From the NCBI GenBank assembly GCA_038087875.1, contig JAXLNO010005773.1, positions 1 to 64,000 on the forward strand: a stretch of DNA of 64,000 nucleotides. The letters are read 5' to 3'. The DNA is from Malacoraja senta (taxonomy: Eukaryota). Positions within the stretch are counted from its first letter, which is position 1; every line of letters begins with the position of its first letter. Below the pieces are notes generated by a model, which had not been told where the DNA came from, did not search any database, and was given only the letters and a program-made list of their open reading frames with translations. Positions 1 to 12,794 of this stretch are shown here, piece after piece. The translations under genes and the position numbers were made by a program.

Positions 1-362
1 CGCTAGAATTTAGAAGATTGAGGGGGGATCTTATAGAAACTTACAAAATTCTTAAGGGGTTGGACAGGCTAGATGCAGGAACATTGTTCCCGATTTTGGG
101 GAAGTCCAGAACAAGGGGTCACAGTTTAAGGATAAAGGGGAAATCTTTTAGGACTGAGATGAGAAAAACATTTTTTACACAGAGAGTGGTGAATCTCTGG
201 AATTCTCTGCCACGGAATATAGTTGAGGCCCGTTCATTGGCTATACTTAAGAGGGAGTTAGATGTGGCCCTTGTGGCTAAAGGGATCAGGGGTTATGGAG
301 AGAAGGCAGGTACAGGATACTGAGTTGGATGATCAGCCATGATCATATTGAATGGCTCGAAG
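1..362 (+). mobile_element. CR1 LINE 3' fragment (ORF2 C-terminus), lacking its terminal tail
   Basis: ORF 18..323 GDLIETYKILKGLDRLDAG...RTRGHSLRIKG...FFTQRVVNLWNSLP is the typical CR1 ORF2 C-terminus. It is nearly identical to 1137-1500 and 62337-62700. Confidence 0.9.
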
Positions 363-1546
363 ACTTTCAGAAGGCTTTCGACAAGGTACCACATAAGAGA
401 TTAGGATACAAACTTAAATCACACGGTATTGGGGGTTCAGTATTGATGTGGATAGAGAACTGGCTGGCAAACAGGAAGCAAAGAGTAGGAGTAAACGGGT
501 CCTTTTCACAATGGCAGGCAGTGACTAGTGGGGTACCGCAAGGCTCAGTGCTGGGACCCCAGCTATTTACAATTTATATTAATGATCTGACGAGGGAATT
601 GAAAGCAACATCTCCAAGTTTGCGGATGACACTAAGCTGGGGGCAGTGTTAGCTGTGAGGAGGATGCTAGGAGACTGCAAGGTGACTTGGATAGGCTGGG
701 TGAGTGGGCAAATGTTTGGCAGATGCAGTATAATGTGGATAAATGTGAGGTTATCCACTTTGGTAGCAAAACGGGAAGGCAGACTATTATCTAAATGGTG
801 GCCGATTAGGAAATGGGGAGATGCAGCGAGACCTGGGTGTCATGGTACACCAGTCATTGAAAGTAGGCATGCAGGTGCAGCAGGCAGTGAAGAAAGCGAA
901 TGGTATGTTGGCCTTCATAGCAAGAGGATTTGAGTATAGGACCAGGGAGGTTCTACTGCAGTTGTACAGGGTCTTGGTGAGACCACACCTGGAGTATTGC
1001 GTACAGTTTTGGTCTCCAAATCTGAGGAAGGACATTATAGCCATAGAGGGAGTGCAGAGAAGGTTCACCAGACTGATTCCTGGGATGTCAGGACTTTCAT
1101 ATGAAGAAAGACTGGATAGACTTGGCTTATACTCGCTAGAATTTAGGAGATTGAGAGGGGATCTTATAGAAACGTACAAAATTCTTATGGGGTTGGACAG
1201 GCTAGATGCAGGAAGATTGTTCCGATGTTGGGGAAGTCCAGGACAAGGGGTCACAGCTTAAGGATAAGGGGGAAATCCTTTAAGACCGAGATGAGGAAAA
1301 ACTTTTTCACACAGAGAGTGGTGAATCTCTGGAACTCTCTGCCACAGAGGGTAGTTGAGGCCAGTTCATTGGCTATATTTAAGAGGGAATTAGATGTGGC
1401 CCTTGTGGCTAAAGGGATCAGGGGGTATGGAGAGAAGGCAGGTACGGGATACTGAGTTGGATGATCAGCCATGATCGTATTGAATGGCGGTGCAGGCTCG
1501 AAGGGCCGATTGGCCTACTCCTGCACCTATTTTCTATGTATCTATG
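363..1546 (+). mobile_element. 5'-truncated CR1 LINE (RT domain to 3' tail), frameshifted
   Basis: [31 protein letters not shown] and RPHLEYCVQFWSP motifs are spread over ORFs 329..652, 821..1261 and 1225..1455. It ends in a TTCTATGT-type tail. Confidence 0.92.
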
Positions 1547-1707
1547 AAGGGCCGAATGGCCTTCTCCTGCAACTATATTCTGTGTTTCTATGTTTCTAAA
1601 AGCAGGAATGGGTTACTGATTCTAGATGCAGGCATGATCATATTGAATGGCGGTGCTGGCTCAAATGGCCGAATGGCCTATTCCTGTGCCTATTTTTCTA
1701 TGTTTCT
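1547..1707 (+). repeat. Two additional CR1-type 3' tail fragments
   Basis: GAAGGGCCGAATGGCC...TTTCTATGTTTCTA at 1546-1598 and CATGATCATATTGAATGGCGGTGC...TTCTATGTTTCTA at about 1633-1707. Confidence 0.75.
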
Positions 1708-2316
1708 ATAATTAGTATACATTCGGCTAATTGTGGTGTTTCTTGAAAACACGAAAACGAGAGAATGTAAAGGATCTGCAGAACAACTAAAAGACTGCAG
1801 AAAGCAGCTTGAAAAGGAGGCTCTTCATCTATACAACATAAGTATGTTTTATTCAGCTATCATTGTTTGTAGAGTTTCTTATTGGAATGAAAACATCATC
1901 CAAGTTTTGACCCTTCCTTGTTACTCCTGGTCCCAGGGGAATGGTTGGCATTAGCTCATTACCTTCATCCTAATAAAGGGTTGTTGTTCACAGTTGTGCC
2001 TAGGTTTTTATCAGTTATAACCTTGAGTTCACAAACTGTTCTTTGTCTGGGCTAAAGTTCACAGACTCTCCTTTTCAAGGAGTGAGCAGTTTTAAGCAAA
2101 CTGACTTCAGCAAATCCTTACAAATTCCATCACCCCCCCCCCCCCCCCCACTTTGATTCATCAATCAATGCCAGAGGGAATGAATCATCTAAGTAAAGGG
2201 GCCTGTCCCACTTACGTGTCCTTGGCACGCATATTACGCGTTGAGCCACGATGGTCCGGCGAAGGTCGGGCGCGATTACATGCGTACGTACAGCCGTCTG
2301 GAGCGCGTGACGTCAT

Positions 2317-2513
2317 TTGAAGATGGACACAAAGCTGGAGTAACTCAGCGGGATCGGCAGCATCTCTGGAGAGAAGGAATAGATGACGTTTCATGTCGAG
2401 ACTCTTCTTCAGTCTGAAAAGAAGGGTCTTGACCCGAAACATCACCCATTGCTTCTCTCCAGAGATGCTGCCGGTCCCGCTGAGTTACTCCTGCATTTCG
2501 TGTCTATCTTCAA
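2317..2513. repeat. ~195-bp inverted repeat (two Penelope-type terminal sequences, centre at ~2413) inside the MITE
   Basis: TTGAAGATGGACAC...CTCTTCTTCAG-T-CTGAAAAGAAGGG...GTGTCTATCTTCAA: the arms are reverse complements with a few mismatches. The same sequence ends the Penelope copies at ~22290-22390 and 28551-28632. Confidence 0.8.
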
Positions 2514-2531
2514 TTTTCTTGGCCCCGCTCT

Positions 2532-5500
2532 TTTTTTTTTTTTTTCTTTTTTTTTCCGTAAATTTTTTTTATTAGATTTTTAAACAAATGTACAATTTAC
2601 AAGGAAGGGTAGAAAGCTCACACAATTTAAAAAACATTTACACAAAACTATCAAATTAAAATATTAACATTTTTATCTATAATATATTCAACCTCCTGCG
2701 GTGACCAGCGTTCACAGAAGGCCTCCACAGTCCCCGTGGACACCGCGTGTTCCCTCTCTAGGGACACGCGGGCACGGACGTAACCCCGGAAAAGGGGCAG
2801 GCAGCCGACCGCTGTGCGGCCATCGACCGCCCGCTGCCTGGACCCGTGAATGGCCATCTTGGCCAGGCCCAGGAGCAGACCGACAGGGAGACCCCCTCCT
2901 CCCTCCCGACCCTCCCCCCTCTGTACCGGGTGCCCATAGATTAATAGCGTTGGACTAAAATGTAGCCAAAACTTGAGGAGCAGCCCTTTCAGATACTCGA
3001 ACAGGGGCTGCAACCTCTCGCACTCTATATACACGTGGAACACGGTCTCTTCCTCACCGCAGAAATGACACGCAGGGGAAGAGTCCGTGAACCGGCTCAA
3101 GTACCTATTACAGGCCACGGCTTTGTGCAAAACTCTCCACCCCAGGTCCCCGATGTAAAGGGGGAGGACTCCCTTGTAGAGAGACCTCCACTAGGGACCG
3201 CTCCCCTCGTCAGGTGGTAACACGGACCGCCAGGGTGTGTCTGGACGGAAGACGAGGGCGAGGAAGTGGAGAGTGTGCAAGAGCAGCCTGTACAGTACAC
3301 GCCTCTCCGCGCCACGGAATGGCACACTGGGCATCTCAGAAAGGCGGCTCATGTTGCATGGGGCCGGCTCTTGGGGAGGGTCCCGGGCCATGGGCCCTAT
3401 GAACAATTCCGACTAAGCGGGGGTAAGCTCGTCCGGAATCGCTCCATGCACACGCCTCTCCTCGACACCCACCGTCACAGCCACGACACCCCCCTCCCCC
3501 TGAGGAGCAGGGCCCTGGCTGAAGTTGACCAAATTCCTGGCCTTCAGGAGTTCACGGTAAAAGCCAGGCAACTCCCGCCTAGCGCGTCGACTCATGCCCG
3601 CTACCGGGAGCCGGGAGCCTTCCTGAAGGCACCGCCCCTGACGGAAAAAGTACGTCGCCAGCACGTGCCATTTAGGAGGGTAGTCCGAGTAGACGTACCT
3701 CCGCAGGGTCCTGAGTCGGAGAGCCGCCACCTGGGTACGAATACAGACCAGCGCCTGACCACCCTCCTCCAACGGGAGACTCAGAACCCCAGCAGAGACC
3801 CAGTGGTTCCTCTCCCCCAGAAGAAGTTGACCAATCTCCTCTGTAACATGGTTATAAAATAAGAGGATGGGACCATAGTGGCCATCCGGTACCACAGCAG
3901 AGAGGCCACCAGCTGGTTTATAACTACAGCCCTTCCCCGGTAAGAGAGCACACCAAGTAAGCCTGACCAACGTCCCAGCCGGGCGACCACTTTCGCCTCC
4001 AGCTCCTGCCAGTTCGCCGGCCACCCCTCCTCAGCGGGACTCAGGTAGACCCCCAGATAGAGGAGGTGCGTGGTACTCCACGCAAAACCTGCCATCTCCT
4101 CCGGCAGGGAGCCCACCTGCCACCCACCCACCAAGAGACCAGAACACTTCCCCCAGTTGATCCTGGCGGAAGATGCAGCCGAGAAAACCTGCTGGCACTC
4201 ACGCATCCTCCGCAGGTCAACAGGGTCGGTGAACATCAGAAGGACATCATCGGCGTAGGCCGAGAGAACCACCTCCATCCCCGGCCCCGGTAAAACCAGG
4301 CCTGTCAACCTCCTCCGGAGAAGGCACAGGAAAGGCTCGACACAGATGGAATACAGCTGGCCGGACATGGGACATCCCTGACGAACCCCCCTCCCAAAGG
4401 GAATGGGGGCCAACAAAGAGCCGTTGACCTTAACAAGGCATTCTGCAGCAGTATATAACAGTCGGACCCAGGCCACAAAATGCGGTCCAAATCCGAACAC
4501 CTGCAGTGTCCCAAGAAGGTAGTCGTGCTCCACCCTGTCAAACGCCTTCTCCTGGTCGAGGGAGAGAAAGGCGACCGACTGACCAGCCCCCTGGGACAGA
4601 TGGATCAGGTCCCGGAGCAGATGGATATTGTCCTGGATGGACCGGCCCGGGACTGTGTACGACTGGTCAGGGTGGATCACCTGGGACAGCACGGGACCCA
4701 GGCGATTCGCCAATGCCCGTGCAAAGACTTTATAGTCCGTGCTGAGGAGAGAGACCGGGCGCCAGTTCTTCAAAAGGCGAAGATCGCCCTTCTTGGGCAG
4801 CAGGACAACAACTGCCCTGCGCCAAGAGAAAGGCATCTCCCCGGTCGCCAGGCTCTCCCCCAGGACCTTCATATAGTCGCCCCCCAGGACATCCCAGAAG
4901 GCTCTAAGGTACTCCACAGTCAGCCCATCCAGCCCTGGAGACTTGCCCCTCCTGAGCTGGTGCAGGGCAACAGTCAACTCCTCCAGAGTTAGGGGATCAT
5001 CCAGGTGTTCAGCCACATCATTGCACACAGCGGGTAAGCCCTCCCACAGGACTTCTTGTGCCTCCCCACTCGATGTGCCAGCCGAGAACAGAGTCCTGTA
5101 GAACGACCGAACTGAGGCACCAATGCTCTCTGGATCTGTGACAGAGGAGCCATCATCCGCAAGCAACTCTACAAGCTGCCTGCGGGCTCCTCGCCCCTTC
5201 TCCAGAGAAAAGAAAAAGGGGGAGGCGCGGTCCAGGTCGTGCAACATCTGGACCCGCGACCTCACATACGCACCCCGGGACCTCCTAAGCTGCAAGTCCC
5301 TCAGTGCTCCCTTCTTCTCCTGGTATTCCTCCCACTCACACGAAGCCCCACCAGTCTGATCCAGACGAGCCTCCGAGTCGAGCAACTCTCTCTCAAGCCG
5401 TCCGATCTCGGATTCCCGCCCCTTGGTCGACCCCCTCGCATAGTCCTGGCAAAACTGACGGTCGTAGACCTTCCCCACGTCCCACCACTGCCTTAGGGAA

Positions 5501-8500
5501 AGGAAACGCCCCTGCCTCTCTCTCCACCTCGCCCAGAACTGCCTGAATGAATCCCGGAATCGGCAATCCTCCAACAGCTGGCTATTAAAATGCCAGTACG
5601 CGGACCCTGCCCGTGTGCGCGCTGGGATAAAGTCCACTCGCACCAGGCAATGGTCCGAGCATGGCGCCGGCTGCATGGAGGCCGCCGAAACACAGGAGAC
5701 ATAGGCCTTGGACACGTATAAATGATCAATACGGGAACCACCACCCTCAAACCTGTACGAGAAGGCGTTAGAGTCGGGATGGAAATTCCGCCAAGCATCT
5801 ACCAGCTCAAAAGAGTCCACCATCTCCCTCAAAGTCTTCACTGCTCCCGGGTCACGCTGTACGCCAGAGCGATCTCTTGTCTCGAGGGCACAATTAAAAT
5901 CTCCCCCAAGGAAAACACACTCCCCACGGTCGATAGTATTCAACAACGTGGTCACTTCCCTTGTTAAGCGCGTCTGCATTGCGCCGATCTTGGGGGCGTA
6001 CACATTAACGAAGTGTAATGGCACGCCATCCAAGCGCACGGCCAGATACAGCAAACGGCCTGGTACAACCTCCTGCACTTTGAGGATCTCTGGCTGGAAA
6101 GACGGGGCCAACAGGAAGGCTACTCCACTCGATTTGGAGCTGAGATGACTCATGTAGACCCCACCTTCCCACTCCAGGAGCCAGGTGGGTTCATCACTAG
6201 CCACAGTGTGTGTTTCCTGCAGGAAGCTCACCGCATACCTCCCGTCCCTGAGCACTGAGAGATGGTGAAACCTACGGAGAGACCCCCTGCCCCCATTGAT
6301 ATTCAGGCTGGCTATAGTGAGCTACATTTTGAAAGTACACTAGATCTTTTACCCTCCCCGGTGATGGGTTGGAGCCGCCCCTACCCTTCTTCCCTCTCTT
6401 TAGGGTCTTAAAAAGCTCTTGGAACTGGCGCCTCTCATTTCTTACCAGCCCCGCCTCATTCCCCTTCTTCTGAAGGATGGCATGAATAGACTGCATGGGC
6501 TCCATCAGGTCCGACCAGCGGTCAACAGCCAAATCCACCTTATTCCTACTCCCTCTAGTTTCCTTTAAGAACTTCCGAAGTTCCCAGACTTCGACAAGTC
6601 GAGACACGGGGCCACGGGTGGAGCAGTCCGTCAACTCACTGTCAACGTACTCCGCGTACCCTTCCTCCTCGCACTCAATGTCCGAGCCCGAGTCCAGAAG
6701 GTTACTACTTTCATCCGCCTCGCTCACCCCTCCCTGTGAGGTGGGCATTCCAGCCACATCACACAGTCCCTCCTCTGTCACCATCCCACCCCCAGGATCA
6801 GTGACAGGGGCAGGTACCGGTGCCTCTGACCGCGGCAATCTATCTGACAATTTGCCAGTCTCCTGCACGCTCCCATCGCCCTCTGTAACCGGATTGGGAA
6901 AAGTGAAGTCAGAGCAAGTCTCCGGGCCTTGCTGTAAGCAGGTCTGTCTGGAGTCCGACCTAAGGACACGATCCAAAACGATCTTGCCCTCCTCCGCACC
7001 CAGGGTATCCGCCCCTGCACCGTCACCCAGAGAGTCCCCGTCCCCCACCACCAGGTGAATCCCCCCACTGTGGCCCTCAGGGGCCGATGTTACTGGAGTC
7101 TCCCCTGCTCCCTCAACCAGTGGGGCATCACACCCCTCAACTGGGCTTGTAGCCTCAACGGGGAGCTCATGCTGGGGACCCACCCCCTCACCCAAGTCCC
7201 CCCCCCTTCAGGCTGCCCCTGGTCACCCACTAAGCTAGCAGACGTGTTTTCTGGGGGAACAGCCCCCAAGAGCAATATATCTCCACTCTCAGGTGGTCCC
7301 AGACCTACAAAGGCATCCTCCCCCTCAGAGGAAACCTGCCCTGGGTACCCCACCTCAACACGAGGGGAAGGCTCCCCTTCAGGTTGCCCCTGAACTTCAG
7401 GGCCCTTCTCTGTATCGGAGGACCCATGCCTCCTCCTCTTCGAACCACTGGCGTACGGTGGTACGGTGAGCTCCCAGCAGAAGCCTCTACCTCCACACTA
7501 CCGTCTATCTCAGAGGCGAGCATGAAATTATCTGCTGCCTGTGGTCCCGCTTGGAGGTGATCATCTTCTAGGGGATCAGCCTGGAGATGTTTCTTCTTTT
7601 TCTTGACTTTCCTCCCCTGCTGATGCTCCCAAACCTTCCCATCCACCCTACGCAATTCTCCGGCATCCACCGCCACAGGTACGGGACATGGGGGTGGTGG
7701 GGGGATAGGGGTTGGGGGTAGGGGAGTAAAGCCTTCACGGGCCACCGTGATAAAACCAGCAGCCCCAGATGGGCCTGTAGTGCTTTCCCGTGCCATCGTG
7801 GTTGAACTGGCAGCCCGGGTCCTGGGACAATTCTTGCGAAAATGCCCCACCTTTTTGCAAGCGTGACAACGCACTTGGCCCGCATTCCAGAACACGCGAT
7901 AGGAGAAATCATCCACCTCCACCTCAAAACTCCCCTCCGTGTCCGTCCCCTGTGCCAACTGTATATACACGCGACGCTTGAACGTATATATATGCTGCAT
8001 CTCAGGATCGTCAAACCTGTACAACAGTTTGGTGAGCCCTGACCGCACCTCCCCCAGCTTCCTTACATGTGGGAGCAGGAGCGCATCCGGAACAAAAGTG
8101 GGAACGTTGGACAGAATGACCGGCAAAACGGGACCCCCCCATGGGTCCACCGCCGCGAAAATCCCCCCTGCTGTTACCCCCCTTTCCAGAGCCAGAGCCA
8201 CCGCCTGTTCAGTCTTTAGTATAACCACAACCTTCCCACTGACCACCGCGCCCGAGACGATGGCTTTCTTGCCAACAGTCTCACCCAACGCATCTAGAAA
8301 GGCCTTTAAGGGCAGGTTGCTCTTCATGTACATTTTTACACCATATGTGCGCCCCATCAACTCGTGGCCCTCAGTCTCGGAGACTGCCGACCGTGCAGCA
8401 GCTGCATAACTCTGAGGGGCCGCCATCTTTAGGGCGTGGCACAACACACAAAGTATCAGTAGTTTATATCCAAAGCAGTCTTTCTGCTGTTGCTGCACCT

Positions 8501-8988
8501 CCACTCTTTTCCAGCAGTTAAATAGTCTTGTGAAGGCTTTCTTGGTAAGCAACAGAAGCAGTCTCCTCCTGATAAGATAGGAATGTCCGTGCCAATCCTC
8601 CCCGTCGTCAAAAATGGAGCTTCCTTATGCTTCTTCCCCGGCTTCAACGAAATCCAAGGCACTGTTGCCGTTCTTACCCAGCCCACCTGGACCGGGCAAG
8701 TCGGTGTAGGAGGGAGCTTTCCGATGTTACTGACCACAAACACCGCTCTAGACTCAGCTCCCACTCGTTCAAGTGTAACTTGGCCTTCCGCCAGCCACTG
8801 CCGCTCCTACGACTTTACAGATACACGGACAAATCCTCCCTAATTAGAGGAATCTTTGAACAAAGAAAGTCTCTGCAGATCGACAAAGCTCTGAACTGCA
8901 AAGTCTGACTGCTTTTGTTTCTCCCCGCCAAACAAAACCTTCCGAAAAGTTCATCCAATCCTCCCCGCCAGCAGAACAGCTCCTCACC
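2532..8988 (-). mobile_element. Tx1-clade non-LTR retrotransposon, full-length copy A (defective)
   Basis: On the minus strand it has a 5' end GGTGAGGAGCTG and ORF1 from ATG 8426 with a CCHC knuckle CHACKKVGHFRKNC (frameshift ~7472). ORF2 carries APE endonuclease and RT (LQETH, GGDFNC, DQEKAFDRV, GVRQGCP, YADD) and a C-terminal CHFC..H..C ending at 2651, followed by AATAAA and poly(A). ORF2 starts ATG-TAG, has a frameshift at ~3816 and a stop at 3413-3415. It is flanked by TGGCCCCGCTCT at 2520-2531 and 8989-9000. Confidence 0.95.
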
Positions 8989-9119
8989 TGGCCCCGCTCT
9001 TTTTTTTTTTTTTTTTTTTTTTCCGTAAATGTTTTTTTATTAGATTTTTAAACAAATGTACAATTTACAAGGAAGGGTAGAAAGCTCACACAATTTTAAA
9101 AACCATTTACACATAATTA

Positions 9120-12100
9120 TCAAATTAAAATATTAACATTTTTATCTATAATATATTCAACCTCCTGCGGTGACCAGCGTTCACAGAAGGCCTCCACAGT
9201 CCCCGTGGACACCGCGTGTTCCCTCTCTAGGGACACGCGGGCACGGACGTAACCCGGAAAAGGGGCAGGCAGCCAACCGCTGTGCGGCCATCGACCGCCC
9301 GCTGCCTGGACCCGCGAATGGCCATCTTGGCCAGGCCCAGGAGCAGTCCGACAGGGAGACCCCCTCCTCCCTCCCGACCCTCCCCCCTCTTTACCGGGTG
9401 CCCATAAATTAATAGCGTTGGACTAAAATGTAACCAAAACTTGAGGAGCAGCCCTTTCAAATACTCGAACAGGGGCTGCAACCTCTCGCACTCTATATAC
9501 ACGTGGAACACGGTCTCTTCCTCACCGCAGAAATGACAAGCAGGGGAAGAGTCCGTGAACCGGCTCAAGTACCTATTACAGGCCACGGCTTTGTGCAAAA
9601 CTCTCCACCCCAGGTCCCCGATGTAAAGGGGGAGGACTCCCTTGTAGAGATACCTCCACTGGGGACCGCTCCCCTCGTCAGGTGGTAACACGGACCGCCA
9701 GGGTGTGTCTGGACGGAAGACGAGGGCGAGGAAGTGGAGAGTGTGCAAGAGCAGCCTGTACAGTACTCGCCTCTCCGCGCCACGGAATGGCACACTGGGC
9801 ATCTCAGAAAGGCGGCTCATGTTGCATGGGGCCGGCTCTCGGGGAGGGTCCCGGGCCATGGGCCCTATGAACAATTCCGACTGAGCGGGGGTAAGCTCGT
9901 CCGGAATCGCTCCATGCACACGCCTCTCCTCGATACCCACCGTCACAGCCACGACACCCCCCTCCCCCTGAGGAGCAGGGCCCTGGCTGAAGGTGACCAA
10001 ATTCCTGGCCTTCAGGACTTCACGGTAAAAGCCAGGCAACTCCCGCCTAGCGCGTCGACTCATGCCTGCTACCGGGAGCCGGGAGCCCTCCTGAAGGCAC
10101 CGCCCCTGACGGAAAAAGTACGTCGCCAGCACGTGCCATTTAGGAGGGTAGTCCGAGTAGACGTACCTCCGCAGGGTCCTGAGTCGGAGAGCCGCCACCT
10201 GGGTACGAATACAGACCAGCGCCTGACCACCCTCCTCCAACGGGAGACTCAGAACCCCAGCAGAGACCCAGTGGTTCCTCTCCCCCAGAAGAAGTTGACC
10301 AATCTCCTCTGTAACATGGTTATAAATAAGAGGATGGGACCATAGTGGCCATCCGGTACCACAGTAGAGAGGCCACCAGCTGGTTTATAACTATAGCCCT
10401 GCCCCGGTAAGAGAGCACACCAAGTAGGCCTGACCAACGTCCCAGCCGGGCGACCACTTTCGCCTCCAGCTCCTGCCAGTTCGCCGGCCACCCCTCCTCA
10501 GCGGGACTCAGGTAGACCCCCAGATAAAGGAGGTGCGTGGTACTCCACGCAAAACCTGCCATCTCCTCCGGCAGGGAGTCCACCTGCCACCCACCCATCA
10601 AGAGACCAGAACACTTCCCCCAGTTGATCCTGGCGGAAGATGCAGCCGAGAAAACCTGCTGGCACTCACGCATCCTCCGCAGGTCAACAGGGTCGGTGAA
10701 CATCAGAAGGACATCATCGGCGTAGGCCGAGAGAACCACCTCCATCCCCGGCCCCGGTAAAGCCAGGCCTGTCAACCGCCTCCGGAGAAGGCACAGGAAA
10801 GGCTCGACACATATGGAATACAGCTGGCTGGACATGGGACATCCCTGACGAACCCCCCTCCCAAAGGGAATGGGGGCCAACAAAGAGCCGTTGACCTTAA
10901 CAAGGCATTCTGCAGCAGTATATAACAGTCGGACCCAGGCCACAAAATGCGGTCCAAATCCGAACGCCTGCAGAGTCCCAAGAAGGTAGTCGTGCTCCAC
11001 CCTGTCAAACGCCTTCTCCTGGTCGAGGGAGAGAAAGGCGACCGACTGACCAGCCCCCTGGGACAGATGGATCAGGTCCCGGAGCAGATGGATATTGTCC
11101 TGGATGGACCGGCCCGGGACTGTGTACGACTGGTCAGGGTGGATCACCTGGGACAGCACGGGACCCAGGCGATTCGCCAATGCCCTTGCAAAGACTTTAT
11201 AGTCCGTGCTGAGGAGAGAGACCGGGCGCCAGTTCTTCAAAAGGCGAAGATCGCCCTTCTTGGGCAGCAGGACAACAACTGCCCTGCGCCAAGAGAAAGG
11301 CATCTCCCCGGTCGCCAGGCTCTCCCCCAGGACCTTCATATAGTCGCCCCCCAGGACATCCCAGAAGGCTCTAAGGTACTCCACAGTCAGCCCATCCAGC
11401 CCTGGAGACTTGCCCCTCCTAAGCTGGTGCAGGGCACCAGTCAACTCCTCCAGAGTTAGGGGATCATCCAGGTGTTCAGCCACATCATTGCACACTACGG
11501 GTAAGCCCTCCCACAGGACTTCTTGCGCCTCCCCACTCGATGTGCCAGCTGAGAACAGAGTCCTGTAGAAAGACCGAACCGAGGCACCAATGCTCTCTGG
11601 ATCTGTGACAGAGGAGCCATCATCCGCAAGCAACTCTACAAGCTGCCTGCGGGCTCCTCGCCCCTTCTCCAGAGAAAAGAAAAAGGGGGAGGCGCGGTCC
11701 AGGTCGTGCAACATCTGGACCCGCGACCTCACATACGCACCCCGGGACCTCCTAAGCTGCAAGTCCCTCAGTGCTCCCTTCTTCTCCTGGTATTCCTCCC
11801 ACTCACACGAAGCCCCACCAGTCTGATCCAGATGAGCCTCCGAGTCGAGCAACTCTCTCTCAAGCCGTCCGATCTCGGATTCCCGCCCCTTGGTCGACCC
11901 CCTCGCATAGTCCTGGCAAAACTGACGGACGTAGACTTTCCCCACGTCCCACCACTGCCTTAGGGAAAGGAAACGCCCCTGCCTCTCTCTCCACCTCACC
12001 CAGAACTGCCTGAATGAATCCCGGAATCGGCAATCCTCCAACAGCTGGCTATTTAAATGCCAGTACGCGGACCCTGCCCGTGTGCGCGCTGGGATAAAGT

Positions 12101-12794
12101 CCACTCGCACCAGGCAATGGTCCGAGCATGGCGCCGGCTGCATGGAGGCTGCCGAAACACAAGAGACATAGGCCTTGGACACGTATAAATGATCAATACG
12201 GGACCCACCACCCTCAAACCTGTACGAGAAGGCGTTAGAGTCAGGATCGAAATTCCGCCAAGCATCTACCAGCTCAAAAGAGTCCACCATCTCCCTCAAA
12301 GTCTTCACTGCTCCCGGGTCACGCTGAACGCCAGAGCGATCTCTTGTCTCAAGGGCACAATTAAAATCTCCCCCAAGGAAAACACACTCCCCACGGTCGA
12401 TAGTATTCAACAACGTGGTCACTTCCCCTGTTAAGCGCGTCTGCATTGCGCCGATCTTGGGGGCGTACACATTAACGAAGTGTAATGGCACACCATCCAA
12501 GCGCACGGCCAGATACAGCAAACGGCCTGGTACAACCTCCTGCACTTTGAGGATCTCCGGCTGGAAAGACGGGGCCAACAGGAAGGCTACTCCACTCGAT
12601 TTGGAGCTGAGATGACTCATATAGACCCCCCCTTCCCACTCCAGGAGCCATGTGGGTTCATCACTAGCCACAGTGTGTGTTTCCTGCAGGAAGCTCACCG
12701 CATATCTCCCGTCTCTGAGCACTGAGAGATGGTGAAACCTACGGAGAGACCCCCTGCCCCCATTGATATTAAGGCTGGCTATAGTGAGCTTCAT
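9120..12794 (-). pseudogene. Tx1 ORF2 (APE endonuclease-RT-CCHC), frameshifted
   Basis: It starts MKLTIASLNINGG and gives an 824-aa open frame covering EN and RT. The C-terminal part continues in other frames (HWVSAGVLSLPLEEGGQ, CHFCGEEETVFHVYIEC). Confidence 0.9.

Noticed and set aside
1733-1954. ORF in unique sequence as the missing alpha-1 exon
   Set aside because: There are no class I alpha-1 motifs, and the phase-1 reading after the best AG acceptor hits a stop.
2133-2149. Long poly-C run (G-quadruplex potential on the minus strand)
   Set aside because: It is a simple homopolymer whose length is unreliable in assemblies, with no supporting context.
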